Positions 12,880-24,459 of a stretch of 64,000 nucleotides of DNA are shown one piece after another. The stretch comes from Antechinus flavipes (Eukaryota), in the NCBI RefSeq assembly GCF_016432865.1, contig NC_067404.1, forward strand, positions 85,498,001 to 85,562,000. Reading direction: 5' to 3'. A program made the position numbers and the translations under genes. Below the pieces are notes generated by a model, which had not been told where the DNA came from, searched no databases, and was given only the letters and a program-made list of their open reading frames with translations. Within the stretch, counting starts at the first letter, position 1. Every line of letters begins with the position of its first letter.

Positions 12880-13484
12880 GGCGGCGGTGGCGGTGGCGGC
12901 GGAGGCTGCTGCTGCGGCGCCTGGGGGGGTTGCGGCGGCGGGGGAGGCTGCTCGCTCCGGCCCCCCGCACCTCCCCCTCCCGGGTATGGAGAGGGCTCCT
13001 CGCAGGGGTGGTGGCGGCTCCCGGGGCAGTCCCGGACGGCGCGCTCGTGGTGCAGATGGCAGGGGGCGCCGCCGACGAAAGGCCCGTCTCTCTGGTGCTC
13101 CCCTCGGTGATGGTGGTGCTCTGCCCGCGCTCCGTACGCCGCCTTCCCGGCGATGGGCAGCGGCGGTGGCGGTGTCCGGTGCGAGTGCCCCGGCCGGGGC
13201 TCGCGGCGCAGGTGCAGGCGCTGGGTGTCTCGCAGGTTCTGATAGGGGCTCTCCCGGGCCTGCAGGGGCCCCGCTCCGGCCGCCGCCGCAGCGCCGGCGC
13301 GCAGGTCTCGGTTCTCCCGGCTTAGCCGGTCCACTTGGCCCTCCAGCTCCTCGATGCGCCTCCGCTGAGTCTCCAGCAGCTGCTGCTGCCCTTCGATAAT
13401 GTTATTCAGCTCCAGCAGGTACTCCACGGCGCGGCTGGGGCTCTCCCCGGCGGCCCCCCCCGCGCCGCCCCCCGACTCGTCCAT
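12682..13484 (-). CDS. IQSEC2: IQSEC2 (BRAG1, ARF6 GEF) long-isoform coding exon 1
   Basis: Translation MDESGGG...[48 protein letters not shown]...[34 protein letters not shown] matches the N-terminal coiled coil and exon end of human IQSEC2 isoform 1. ATG at 13484; donor AA|gtaagg at 12682/12681; 803 nt, phase 2. Confidence 0.96.
12849..12878 (-). repeat. Coding (CAG)10 tract in IQSEC2 exon 1
   Basis: (ctg)10 on + strand, encoding Q10 flanked by poly-Pro. Confidence 0.95.
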
Positions 13485-13823
13485 GGGGGCCCCGCTGCGG
13501 GCGCCCGGGGCCTCGGGCCACAGCCCCCGGAGGCAGCTGCTTTGGCCTCCTCCTCTTCGTCGTCGTTCTCCTCCTCCCCCGCCGCCGCCGCCTCTCTGTC
13601 CTCCCCCCCCGGGTCCCGGCGCTGGCGCTGGTGCCGGCCCGGGGGGAGGGGGGCCGCCGAGGGTTGCGGGCGCGCACGGGGGCTGCAGGCCTGGGGAGAG
13701 GGGCCGACAGGAGTCGGGGGTGGGGGGGGGTAGATAATGCGGGAGGGAGGAGGAAGAGGAAGAGGACGAGGAGGGAGGGAGGGAAGGAGGATCGAACCAG
13801 CGATCGGCCCAGCGGAGCTGGCC

Positions 13824-13916
13824 TGGGCTCCGGCTCCGGGCTCCCGGCTCCGGGCTCCCGGCTCCCGGCTCCCGGCTCCGGCTCCGGCTCGGGCTCCGGC
13901 TCGGGCTCCGGCTCCG
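13824..13916. repeat. (GGCTCC)/(GGCTCCC) hexa-/heptamer repeat upstream of the IQSEC2 ATG
   Basis: ggctccggctccgggctcccggctccgggctcccggctcccggctcccggctccggctccggctcgggctccggctcgggctccggctcc read directly. Confidence 0.9.
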
Positions 13917-16900
13917 CTGCGGAGTCACTGCGCAGTGCCCAGACCAAGCCCGCCCCTGGGCCCGCCCCGACCGGGACAGCACCGCCCTCGAGCCCGCCCC
14001 TGGGCCCGCCTCCCCCGCTGCCCTTGGCTAGCCCCGCCCCCTCCCCCTCTCTTTGCACTCATCAGTCTGTCCATCCATCGCTCGGGCCTGCCCAGAGCGC
14101 AGCATGCAGGGGGCAGCACCCCGGGGCCCAGCCGGCTGGGGCGGCGCTCCCCCTCAGTCAAGGTACCTTGCGCTCCTAGGGTCCGCCCCCCGATGGCCCC
14201 GCCCCTTCCTTCCCGATCCTCAGCTGCGGCCGCGGCGGCTCCCCGTCCTCCTGTCCCTTCTCTCCCTCCTCTTCTTCGTCCCCCTTTCTCTTCCTATTCC
14301 TCACCTCCCTCCTCCCTCTTCTCATCTCTCTTCTCCCTCTCCCCTTCTTCCTCCTCCCCCTCCCTCTCTTCCTTCTCCTTCTCTCCCTCCTCGGTCTTCC
14401 TTCTCCCTTCTTGCCCCCTCCCTCTTCTCTCTTCCTTTCCCCTCGGCCGTGGGTCCGGATCGTGCATCACGCCCCCACCTCACAAAGTACCCTGGCCAGA
14501 CTCTCGGGGCATCCTCGACCTTCGGCAAGTCTGGCAGCCTAAGGTTTCTCGGGCGGCACAGCTAGCTCCCCGGGTTGGGGCTGGCGCGGGATCCCGGACA
14601 GGAGAGGAAGGGGACAGATCTTGTAGCCCCCGGACAAGTAGATGGAAAACAAGGCTGAAGCACCTACTTGGACGCGCCCCCCTCCCCAACCTGGCTCGTG
14701 CTCAGTTCGGGAAAGTCATCGAGAGTTCGGGGCCCCTCCGATCTTCCAAGACCCGGGCGGCCGGGGCGAGCTGGGAGCCCTTGGCTGTGGGGCCTCGGCC
14801 AACGAAGGCGGTGGGAAACTTAACGGCCTGCCTTGTGCCAGGCTCCGTGATAACTGAAACACGACAACCTGCCCACAGGAAGCTTCCGCTCCACGGAGGG
14901 AGACTACTCGCCAAGGGAAGGGGAAAGGGGCAGTGGAAGGGAGGGGGGGGAGGAGGGTAAGGGCCGCTGGTGTTAAGTGGGGGCAAGACTGGGGCCCGCC
15001 CTCTCCTTAATTAGGCGCTGTGGGGCCTACGGGCCGCCCCTCAGCCAGAGGGGCCAATCAGAGAAGCAGGGGGGATTGCCGAGCTCTGGGTACAGAGGCA
15101 GAGGCGGCGATCAGGAGAACGAAATTTCCCAGTGCTGACTTTTTGGGGGTAGAGAGCTGAGATGGGGGCGGGGGGGGGGGGCGCGAGGAAGCCCCCGAGC
15201 AGTGAGTCTGGTGGCAAGCGGGCCTGTTTTCCCAGAGGAGGCGCCAGAGATGCTCGGAGCGGCAGAGCGTCCCTCCCTCTGGAGGGAGGGAGAGATCGGT
15301 GTTTAATCCAGAGGTGGCGCAGCTAATTAGGCAGCTCTGAGGAGGGCCCCCGATGGGGGTGGGGTGACCCACACAGCCTGTCACAAAGGCAGGCTCTAGA
15401 TTCTGGCCCATCTCCAAAGACGTCCCTGAACACCAGCTTTAGCACACCCACACCCCGTGGCTGCCTGGGAGGAAGTCCTCACCGCCCCAAGGCCAGATCC
15501 TGCGCCTGGGGCCCCTCCACCCAATGCCAAAGAGCCTGACCTTCAAAGCCCCACATCACTCAGGAACCACCGACCAAGAAAAAGTGGGAGACGGAGGCAG
15601 ACTGCTGCGGAGGTCAGGAGCCGGTGCCCCCATGGCCAACACACTGGCTGCTAGCCACCAACCTCCGGGGCGACTTCTCCCCCCCCCCCTTTAGTTTCAG
15701 CTTCCCTGGGCCGAATTCTTCCATGTTCCCCAAAGGCCAACTGTTCTTGGAGACCTACTCTGGGCTCCCTGGTCTGTTCGGGACACCAATCCGACCCCTC
15801 TTCCGGCTCACTTCCCCCACTGCCCAGCCCTGGCCCCACTTATTCGGCCATGCTTCATCCTCCCTTTGAAGGTAGGGGCAACATTGGGATTTCCCAGAGT
15901 CTGGGGGTGGGGTTAGGCCAGCAGGGAGAAAGTCGGGGAGGCAGCTGCGAGGGCCCTCAAACCGGGATGACTGAAGCTGGGAATGGGGAAAGACCCCCGC
16001 TCCAGGGCAGACAGAGGGAGCCTCCGGAACCCAAACCTCACCAAATGATGGAAGCCCCCAAATGTTCCTAGGGACCATGTCCGAGCTGTGGCAGAGCATC
16101 CCCGACTCCTATTGGTCCGATTGGTCACAGTGGGACACTGTAACTCGATTCTAACAGCGATGTCATTTTGGTCTTCTTCGAGGAGGAAGGATGACAACCA
16201 ACTTCCCAGTAATTAGCAGAGGTTGATGAAGGCTATACAAGAGCTCGGCAGGGCCAGGAGAGCCCCTCCCTGCCGCTTTCCACCTAGTCCCAAAGCAGCG
16301 GAGGAAAGCGAGAGGCCCAGCCTCTGGCCCCTTCCTCTCAGCTCCTGCTAACCCCATTCTTCTTCCATGATCTTCTTTCCCAAGCCCTTCACCTGCAGAC
16401 CCCTCCCTCTCTCCCTCCCTCCCTCCCCAATCTGCCCCCCTCCCCCTCCAGGAGCTCCACAGCAGTGAGAACCCCCAGTTTATTCATTTCCACTTCCCAC
16501 CACTGGCAAGACCCAAGAATCAAAGCCTGTCGCAGAACTGAGAAGATATAACCAATCACCTAAGAGCATCAAACTCAAATCCAGAGACTCTTCTCTCCCC
16601 ACATGATTCAGAGAGAAATGTGTATTAAGAAATTTAACGTACTGTGTTTAACCAGAAAAAAAGGGAAAGAAACAAGGGGGAAAAACCTGGCTAGAGCAGA
16701 AGGATGGCTGGGGGCTGCAGAGTGACCTGCAAACCCACATAGGAACATTCTATTTAACTGTATCTTTCATCACCGGATACGTTGTCATTCAGTGTGTCAG
16801 CTCAGTGTTGTGGGCAGTGTTTATGCCTGTGTCTTAGCAGAAAATGGCTCACTCGATATCTGGATGGATGAGGATCTGAGGGCCCACAGCCAGCCCCCTA

Positions 16901-16949
16901 AATGTGTGTGTACCTCAGGTCTCTCCCCCACTCCTATGGTTCCTCATTC

Positions 16950-18520
16950 TACTCTCCTATCATTTATGGGGTCCCGATCTCCCTGCCACGGCCTTATTCC
17001 CAATCTGCAACTTAACTCTGTATGGGACGGCTCTCGAGTGTTTTATAGACCCAACATGTCCAAGACTGGAGTTTGATCTCTGTTCTTCCAAGCTCACTCT
17101 TCCCCGATATTCCTTATTTTTGTTGACAACAACAGCCCCCTCCGTTCTCAACCTCAAGGCCGTTCTCGAGTCTGCTGACTCTCTAAGGCAAACTTCCAGA
17201 ATGCTTCCCACATCAACTTTCCCGCCACACGTGAGCTCCAAATTGCTCCTAATACTTCTTCCCTTCTATCTCCTCCTCATACTTCCTCACTGAAGCCTCC
17301 AGTCCCTCCACTGTTCATGGCCTCCAGAGGTAATGGGCCCCTACCCTTGTAGTACCTACAATGACTCCCATGGTCCGTTATTCAACTCCACTGGGCTAGA
17401 AGCAACTACCGTATTTGACATAATCCCACTTTCGGATCATATAGATCTGATACGTGGGGCCACCAGGACACCCGTCGGGACCTGGCTGTACTTCAAAGCC
17501 CCTTGTTGTCATCCCCCTATCTCTCCCCTCTTTTGCTCCAGTGTCTACTGATCCCCTAAGGTCAACCACTTGACTTGGGCCCTTAAGCCCATCTAGTCTA
17601 GATGCCTGCACCTTTGGACTGTCCCCACCCCCTACCTCAACTTTAGTTTCCTCCTTTCTCAGCCTAACTCCTAGAAAAAGCTGTCTACACTTGGTGCCTC
17701 CACTTTTTCACCTCCCACTCACTTCTCAACCCCTCACAATCTGGTTAATTCCGACCTCATCACTCAACTGAAATGGATCTCTCCAAGGTTATGAATGATC
17801 TCTTCTGAACAGCTAATGCTGGTAGCCTTTTTCTCAGCTATCACCCTCTGTCAGACTCAGTTTCCTCATCTATAGCATAATAGTAGTAATGTCCAGGGGT
17901 TACTCTGGGGTATATCAAGAAAGCCAATGCGTGAAGCCCTGCGGAAATGTCAGTCAGTCTTCCAGTCAGCCAGGCTCTCCGTTTTCCAGGCCCTACCTAT
18001 ACCTTGGAACATGGAGACCCACTCTCTGCTGCTGGGTTTCCTGAACATTTCAACCACCTGCCTGACCGCTCCTTCTCTGCCTCCCTTGCTGCCCTCACAC
18101 CGTGGCCACTGCAAAGGTGTCTTGGGCATTTCCTGTGTGTGTGGGGGGGAGCTCGAGCCCCTCATTTTTCCCTTGAGCTCCAGCTCTCTTGCTGGATGTC
18201 TCAACATGACATTTCCAAAAGAGAATTCATTTTTTTCACCCCTAGACCCTCACTATCTCAACCTGGATTTGTGCCCTGAACCATCCCTACTTCCTCCTGT
18301 AGCTCTCCCTTTAATCCGTTGCCAAGTTCAACGACATTTCTTGCATTCCTCCTCTCCTCACAAGGCCTTGTTCAGATCTCCATTTCTCATCCGGTCCCTT
18401 AATTCTGGACGCTCTTCTGTAATTCAGTCTCACCCCGCTGCCAAAATCATCTTCCCGAGGCTATTTCCCTGCCCCAGAAGCTTCAGATGACTGCCTGGTG
18501 TCCCTTGAACCAATTCCATG
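16950..18520 (+). mobile_element. Old fragmented LINE-2
   Basis: 17720-17810 reads LNPSQSG...HHSTEMDLSKVMNDL, resembling the L2 RT motif HSTETALxKVxNDLL; L2-like 3' sequence at 18200-18500. Confidence 0.65.
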
Positions 18521-21500
18521 GCATACGAAAGTCCCCACCTTCAGCAATCGCTTCTTTGTGAACTTCAGTGCCTGTACAGCTGGGTCTATTGACTGAGTGT
18601 GTCTCTGCATCCCCCTTCCCCAGGCCCAGCCATCTTCAGGAGTCAGCCTCTTCCCGCACAAAGCCTTTTCTGGCCCCCTCCAGCTGTCTCCTCAATGGGT
18701 CAATGGTGCTCAACCCAAGAGAACGGAAGCGGCACCGCTGAAGTGACGTGGCTCCAACGTGTCGGAGGGCTGTACGTCTTCCCAAGCGATTGGCCCTTGA
18801 GTTACATTTCCCTCCCACTTCAGCCTCTGCCTCCTCAGTTTCCTCAACTCCAAGACAATAAGAACAGCAGCGACTTCCAAGTGGTTACCGTGAGGACCCA
18901 GGGATAGGACATCACTAGAAGTGTTCAGTCCGGCACCTGGAAAGGCTCCTTCCCTCTCCCCCTCCCCCTCTGCAGCCACTTACGATCACTGGGGAGGACA
19001 GCCAATGGCAGCCTCCAGCCCTTTTCCATCTTTTTCTTGCACTTTCCTTGTTGGAATCAGGGGCACCAGCCTCCCCGTTTGCCTTCTCAGCTCTGGTCCC
19101 TCAAGACACCTCTTCTGGGACCTCGGCCCCCTCTCAATCTCTCTCAGGGGCTCAGTTTCCCATGTGTCCAATGGACTTCGCCTCTGAGGTCAGAGGTGAT
19201 TCAGGTGAACTCCCCGAGAAAAGAAGGTAAGCAGATGTGCCAGGGCCCCAAGGGAGCCAGCTCCAAGGAGTATGATTCACAGGGACAATGGGACAAATGG
19301 GGGCCGGGTCCAAAGAGCTAAGGGGTATCCTCCACTCCCAAAGGCAAGGCTCGGCAGCTCTTACCCCATCTCTCATGCTTGGACACACATGCGCACCAGC
19401 CTCCCTCCTGGCTTCCTAGCTCACCCACACAGTCTGCCGTGGGGAGGGCAGCAGTGCTGCTAGCTTGCATGTGGGTTCCAGGAAGATGGGGGGGGGGGTG
19501 AAGGATAGGGCACAAACCAGGTTAGAACTGTGAGGGCTAACAAGGCCCAGACTGCTGGTTGGCAGGCACAGGAGACAACAGGAAGTCTCCTGGGGCACTG
19601 AGCGAGCTGCCGGCAGGAAATCTTCAGGAAAGAGCCGGGTACAGCCACCGGGCTAAGCTCAGTCTAGCCACTGGGGTATGTATTAACGGCTGTGTGACCT
19701 CGGTCAAGTCCCTTTCCCGAGCTCAGTGAAACAAAGGAGCCAGACCACAGAGCCTCCAAGGCCCTCTCTCAGTCAGGCAATCTGCTCTGAAATTCTGGCC
19801 AAGGACCCCGCTGAGGCTGACTGGCCTGGCAGCACCGTTGTGTTCCGCAGCCCCCCGCTGGGCAGGGATGGGCAGAGCACAAGAGCTCCAGCTCACAGGC
19901 CCTGAGGTTTCTGGGGAAGAAACCTGAAGCCACCCACCACCTGCCTGCCGCCCGCCAGCCTGCCAAGCAGGCCCTCCAACCCCCATCTTAGCTCCTAACA
20001 CTGGCTAGGCTGCCAAATTGGTTCCCATGACAATGGGTTCCAAAGAACTTGGCAGAGAGGGATTTTTAACCCTACAGGTGCCAGCCAAGAGCGCCCCACA
20101 TTTCATTCCCCGAATGCCCCCCCACCAGGCCCCCAGCCCGACAGGGAAAGCAGTGGGCCCGGTTCCCGATCCCCAAGGCTCTACACCCAGAAGGAGGCCT
20201 CAGACCCACCTCACTTAGAGAACAAGGGGCCTCAGAGAGCAATCTAGTATGACCCCAGCTTCATTCCTGCCGGGATCCAGTTCTGGACCTACCAACTCCA
20301 AAGCCCCAAGGAGACACTTTCAGGATCTCCCAGTTCTCTGGCTCAGGACTGGGCACCGACAAGCAGGTCTGAAGGAATGGGAAAGGCTAAGCCGAGGGAC
20401 GCCAAGTACAAGTGGCCTCCAGGGTCCTGACTGGCTTAGAATCTGGAGAGCGGCCATCTGGGTCTCATCCCTCCCTTAGGTTACAGCCCACTCAAGGAAG
20501 AATTCCTTGCCCAAATGGCCTGGGACTCAGGAGGCCCAGTGGCTCAGTGCAGCCGTGGACTGGGAGGAGACCCCACTTCTGGTCATCTCACAATCTCCCC
20601 AGCCAACAGAGATGAGTGAGTGGTGGCCCTGTCGGGGCATCTGTTTTTCTTACAAGCGGCCATCAGGCCTCTCTCAGAAAACCACAGGACTAGCTACGGG
20701 CAACTACCCGCTGCCCCTCATCTTCGGACAGCGATGAAGGAAACTGGCATTGGATTCATGCAAGAGAAAGCTTCCCAACTTTATTGCGGGATATACCCGG
20801 CCCTCAGGGAGGCGGGGGGCTCCTGCCACTCTGCACCAAGAAGGGATATCCCCCTCCCACTGTTTCAGTGGCATAAAAGCCCCGATTCTCAGAGGAGATC
20901 CATGAGGGCAGGGCCCTGACCTGCAGGCCCCAAGTCTGTTGGGGGGCTCGGGACTCGGAGTTGAGCCAGGCTGGCATCTAGATCTCCCATGAGGCCAAAC
21001 ATCAGCCCCTCGGTGACAGCACAGTCCCCTTGCCGGAAGAGCCGGTGATCTCTTCCCCTACCATAGGCCTTGGCAACGTGCCCACTGGACTCTCCTTGGA
21101 CTGTCCACTGACCGTGCTTTGTCTAGAAGCTAGCTCTGGAGCGCCCTCGAGTGCTGGAGGCAGGGCCGATAATAAAGGGCACTGAAAGCCAAAGGGCAGA
21201 ACCCTCAAATCCCCGGCAACCCCAGCTTAAGCCCTTACCAGAAGGCTCGTGGACTTGGTCTCGGCTGGTTCCATGCCTGAGCTGCAGATGCCAGGCTGGC
21301 CCCCCAGGGCCAAGAACCAGGCTCAGACCTCTCTAGCTCCTTGGAAGCACCACTGTGAGCTGGTGCAGATGCCTGTGCCCCCCTTACCACCTAACATCTC
21401 CCAGAACTCGTCCCGAAGACTCTTCCTGTCAGAAGCAAAAATGTTTTTATTGGGCTCAATTTCTGCTGCCTGAAGCATCCCTCTCCTCCCAAATCTCTTT

Positions 21501-21989
21501 GGCCCAGTGTCCTGCAAGCTCCAGGTCCGGCCAGTGGAGGGGGACGGGGAACCCTGGCTTTCTGGTGCCACCAAGGCGACTGGCCTTCTCCTCCCAGAAA
21601 GCCTTGAGCCCCAGCACTCTCCCTGGCCTGGCCCCAGTCAATGAGTCAGTCTCAGTGATGGCTTCCCAGGCATAAATATTGGGGGGCACTATAGGCAATC
21701 TCAGTAACAGCTTCCCAGGGATAAATGCTGGACAGTTCCTAGAAGCCTCTCTGAAGAGGGTGGAATGACCCAAGCTGCAGCTAGAGGCCAGGCCCACATG
21801 TGTTCTTAAATGGAGAACAAAAACCTGGGGAAGAGCCCTTTGAGATGATGACGATGGTACAGCTAGCAGAGGGGAATATGGAAAGTTCCGAGGCAGAAAT
21901 TTATGTGAAGTTTCAAGATAAGGAAAGAAGGCGCTTCAGCTCAGGTCTCTGACAACAGGCCCAGCCTAGCCTGCCTCTTCTTGGCCAGT

Positions 21990-22170
21990 GAACCCCACAG
22001 GGGGTCCCACAGTACACAAAGCACTGGGCCTGGATCCTGGGCAAGCCATTTCACTTCCATTTTATGCCTCAGTTGCCCAAACTATTAACATGAGGGTCGG
22101 AGTGACAACGCCCACTCCCCAGAGTTATTGTGAGGATCAAATGGAAAGCACTTTGTTCAGTGCAGAGTTC
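21990..22170. mobile_element. MIR-like SINE fragment
   Basis: ctgggcaagccatttcac...gcctcagttgccc...cagagttattgtgaggatcaaatgg. Similar fragments at ~25975-26075, 27050-27170 and 28885-29070. Confidence 0.55.
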
Positions 22171-23764
22171 AAGGCTACCATTGGCTTTCTCCCCCCTGCT
22201 GTGCTGCTCTCCTAACCTTGTTTCACAGGCTATCATCTTCTGGGGAGGGGGAACTATACCCCACCTGGCCATCTTCCCACCAGGTGGGCCAGGTTCTCAT
22301 CACTGAGCTCCCGCTGGCACATGGCAGGAAGGTAGGAGAAGTTCCAACTAATAAGGGGCAGTCCCAGCCAGCCTGGCCCTACTCTCAACCTGTTGACTTC
22401 TCCATCCCTTTCTTCAATGCCAACTCCCACATGGGAACGCCCTCCCACTCTTCTTTCAGCCTCTTCTTCACGAGCTCCAGGCTGGCATGGGATAGTTGGG
22501 GACTCCCAAATCTCAGGCACTGGGCCTCGCGATGAGGGGAGCTTGGCCCAGTGGCCCACTTAGCCAGCCAGCTGACTGGGCTTCTGACTTAGTTACACCT
22601 TCAGCACTTTAAAGGTATAAGCAGGCATTTTTTTTGGGGGGGGGCACCCAGCCTTCCCGCTTTGTACAACAGTAGCCACCTTTCAAACCCTAGCTTCAGG
22701 TGATTTCTGGGCCCAATCGCCCACAGCCTCCAACTCACATTCCCCACACCTTTAGTGTACATGTAGCACATATTTAAGGCTCATTTTTTAGCTGTTGGGG
22801 TACATGTGTATGTGTGCAGTGCAAACGTGTTCTATAGAGAGAGATGGGGGGGGGGCACCACAGGAACTTCTTAGCCATTACTTTGTTCAACCACTTCCTT
22901 TTATAAAGAAGGAAACCGGTCCGGAGATCTTTACAGCTGACTCCAGTGGGCTCTCCAGCCTGACTGGAGCTCCGGCGCCTCTACGACTCTCTTCTTTTTC
23001 AGCTCCGTTTCAGTCTCGTCCGTGTTCCTCTGCCAGCTTCCCTCTCCCGGCTGGCACGCCGGCCGCCCCCTCCTTCCCTCCCCCCCGCCCACCCCGGGGC
23101 CCGGGCACAGCGAGGGTGGGTGGGTGGGGGGGGCCACTTTGTCGTCATCCTTCACCGCTGCCTCAAGGGAGCATCTGAAGACTGCGGACTTCGTGAGAAG
23201 AGCCGGCCCCAGAGCACCCCAAGCGGAAGAGGGAAATAAATGGACAGAGCAACTGCTAGCTGAGTCCGAGGGGAAGGAGGAACAGGCTTTGTGGGCATCC
23301 GACTTGGCCAAGTTCCTCCTTATTTCTGGAGGAGAAAGGGGCAGCCGGCCGGGTGGGAAGCGCCCGAAAGGGTGCTGAGAACATGCCCACCCCGTGCCCT
23401 TGAACTCCTGCGGAGAACCAGCCCCTGGCCTTCCCCTCTCCTCCCAGTCTCGGGGCTGGCACCTAGGCCTCGGCTCACTTTCTAAACAAAGCCACGTGTC
23501 CCCACAGTGCGCTTCCCCCCCACCCCCACCCCTGTCAGAGGATCCCCAATTGGCAGTCTCCCCTCAGCTCGGAACCTCCTCTCGACTGGAGCAGGCGCGG
23601 GACTTCAGCAGGGAGGAAAGGGGGGGGGGGGCAGGGAGAGGTGTCGCCAGGAGGCGGAGCCCCTAGGACGACTTTCGCCTGGCCGGGACACACTTCTTAA
23701 ATTAGGGGGAGGGGGGCGGCCATCTGTGACTCGGGGCCGGGGTCGACTCGTGCTATACCCCTAC

Positions 23765-23876
23765 CTGAGCCGTTCGGGCCGGAGAGGACGCGAGCCTCTG
23801 GAAGGGCCTACCCAGTGATGTGCCGACCTTCGTGGGCTTTGGAGTTCTCGATTCGGCGTAGTGCTGGAGAGCCCGC
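23765..23876 (-). pseudogene. SMC1A: Decayed SMC1A exon 1 remnant
   Basis: Minus strand reads ...ATC GAG AAC TCC AAA GCC CAC GAA GGT CGG CAC ATC ACT GGG [tagg] CCC TTC CAG AGG CTC GCG TCC TCT CC GGC CCG AAC GGC TCA G|gtagg = IENSKAHEGRHITG/PFQRLASS/GPNGSG versus SMC1A [29 protein letters not shown]. Donor at the SMC1A exon-1 position, ATG lost, +4 and -1 frameshifts, syntenic position head-to-head with RIBC1. Confidence 0.85.
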
Positions 23877-24418
23877 GGCATCGGGGGGTGGGGGGAACGC
23901 GAAAGGGTAAAGAGCAGTGAGGGTGACAAGACCTAGAAGCCCGCGCAAACACTGGGCTGGCGATCGCAAGCGCTAGCTAAACCGCGCGAGAGGAGTCGCG
24001 TGCGTGCGCATTCGGGAAGGAATAGGCTAGACACCGGAACACGGACTCCAGAACGTAACTTTCGTGCTGCGCGTGCGCGAACGAGCAGGACGAAGGCGAA
24101 GGACTTTATTGGCACCAACTCAAAGCGCTCTGGGACTTCTTGGCGCTCCTGCGCCGGCGCGCGGTCCCGAATGAGGCGGTCCAGGGAGGAGATGGCCCAG
24201 CTCGCCTCCTCCCGTCTGTGTGAAGGATCTGGGGAGACTCCAGGTTCTGTTCCCGAATCGGCTCCAAGGTCTCTCGAGACGAGGGAGGGGCCCCGGCGAA
24301 CTGGGAAGAGAAACCGGGAAAAGCTTCTCTTTCCCATGTGGGGCAGGCTAGACCGGAAGGGGCGAGGGAGGGGCTCCCAGCTCCCACCGGAACTCACGCA
24401 AGAATCCCCCTTTTGTCC

Positions 24419-24458
24419 ACTGCCATGGCAACGGTGACGCTATCTCTCGTTATATAAC
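24419..24458 (+). promoter_or_regulatory. RIBC1 promoter: RFX X-box, CRE half-site, TATA-like palindrome
   Basis: ACTGCCATGGCAAC (12/14 to X-box GTTGCCATGGCAAC) at 24419-24432, TGACG at ~24435, GTTATATAAC at 24449-24458, inside a CpG island (~23400-24750). X-boxes are typical of ciliary genes. Confidence 0.7.
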
Positions 24459-24459
24459 C

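Larger units (their letters stand above)
12300..15250. promoter_or_regulatory. CpG island / promoter of IQSEC2 long isoform
   Basis: Very GC- and CpG-dense across exon 1 and upstream, with GC boxes and a CCAAT at ~15055. Confidence 0.7.

Noticed and set aside
12565-13737. Overlapping + and - strand ORFs around IQSEC2 exon 1
   Set aside because: Shadows of a GC-rich, trinucleotide-repeat coding exon lacking stops in other frames.
15900-23200. Possible further SMC1A exon remnants (~16150-16220, ~18700-18850, ~21540-21605, ~22950-23190)
   Set aside because: Only short, gapped resemblances that cannot be told from chance by eye; needs a sensitive alignment.
23933-24437. ORFs 23933-24397 (-), 24000-24437 (+) and 24106-24387 (-) in the CpG island
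   Set aside because: No recognisable family (checked from memory against histones, ribosomal proteins, protamine and small X-linked ORFs); openness is explained by GC content.
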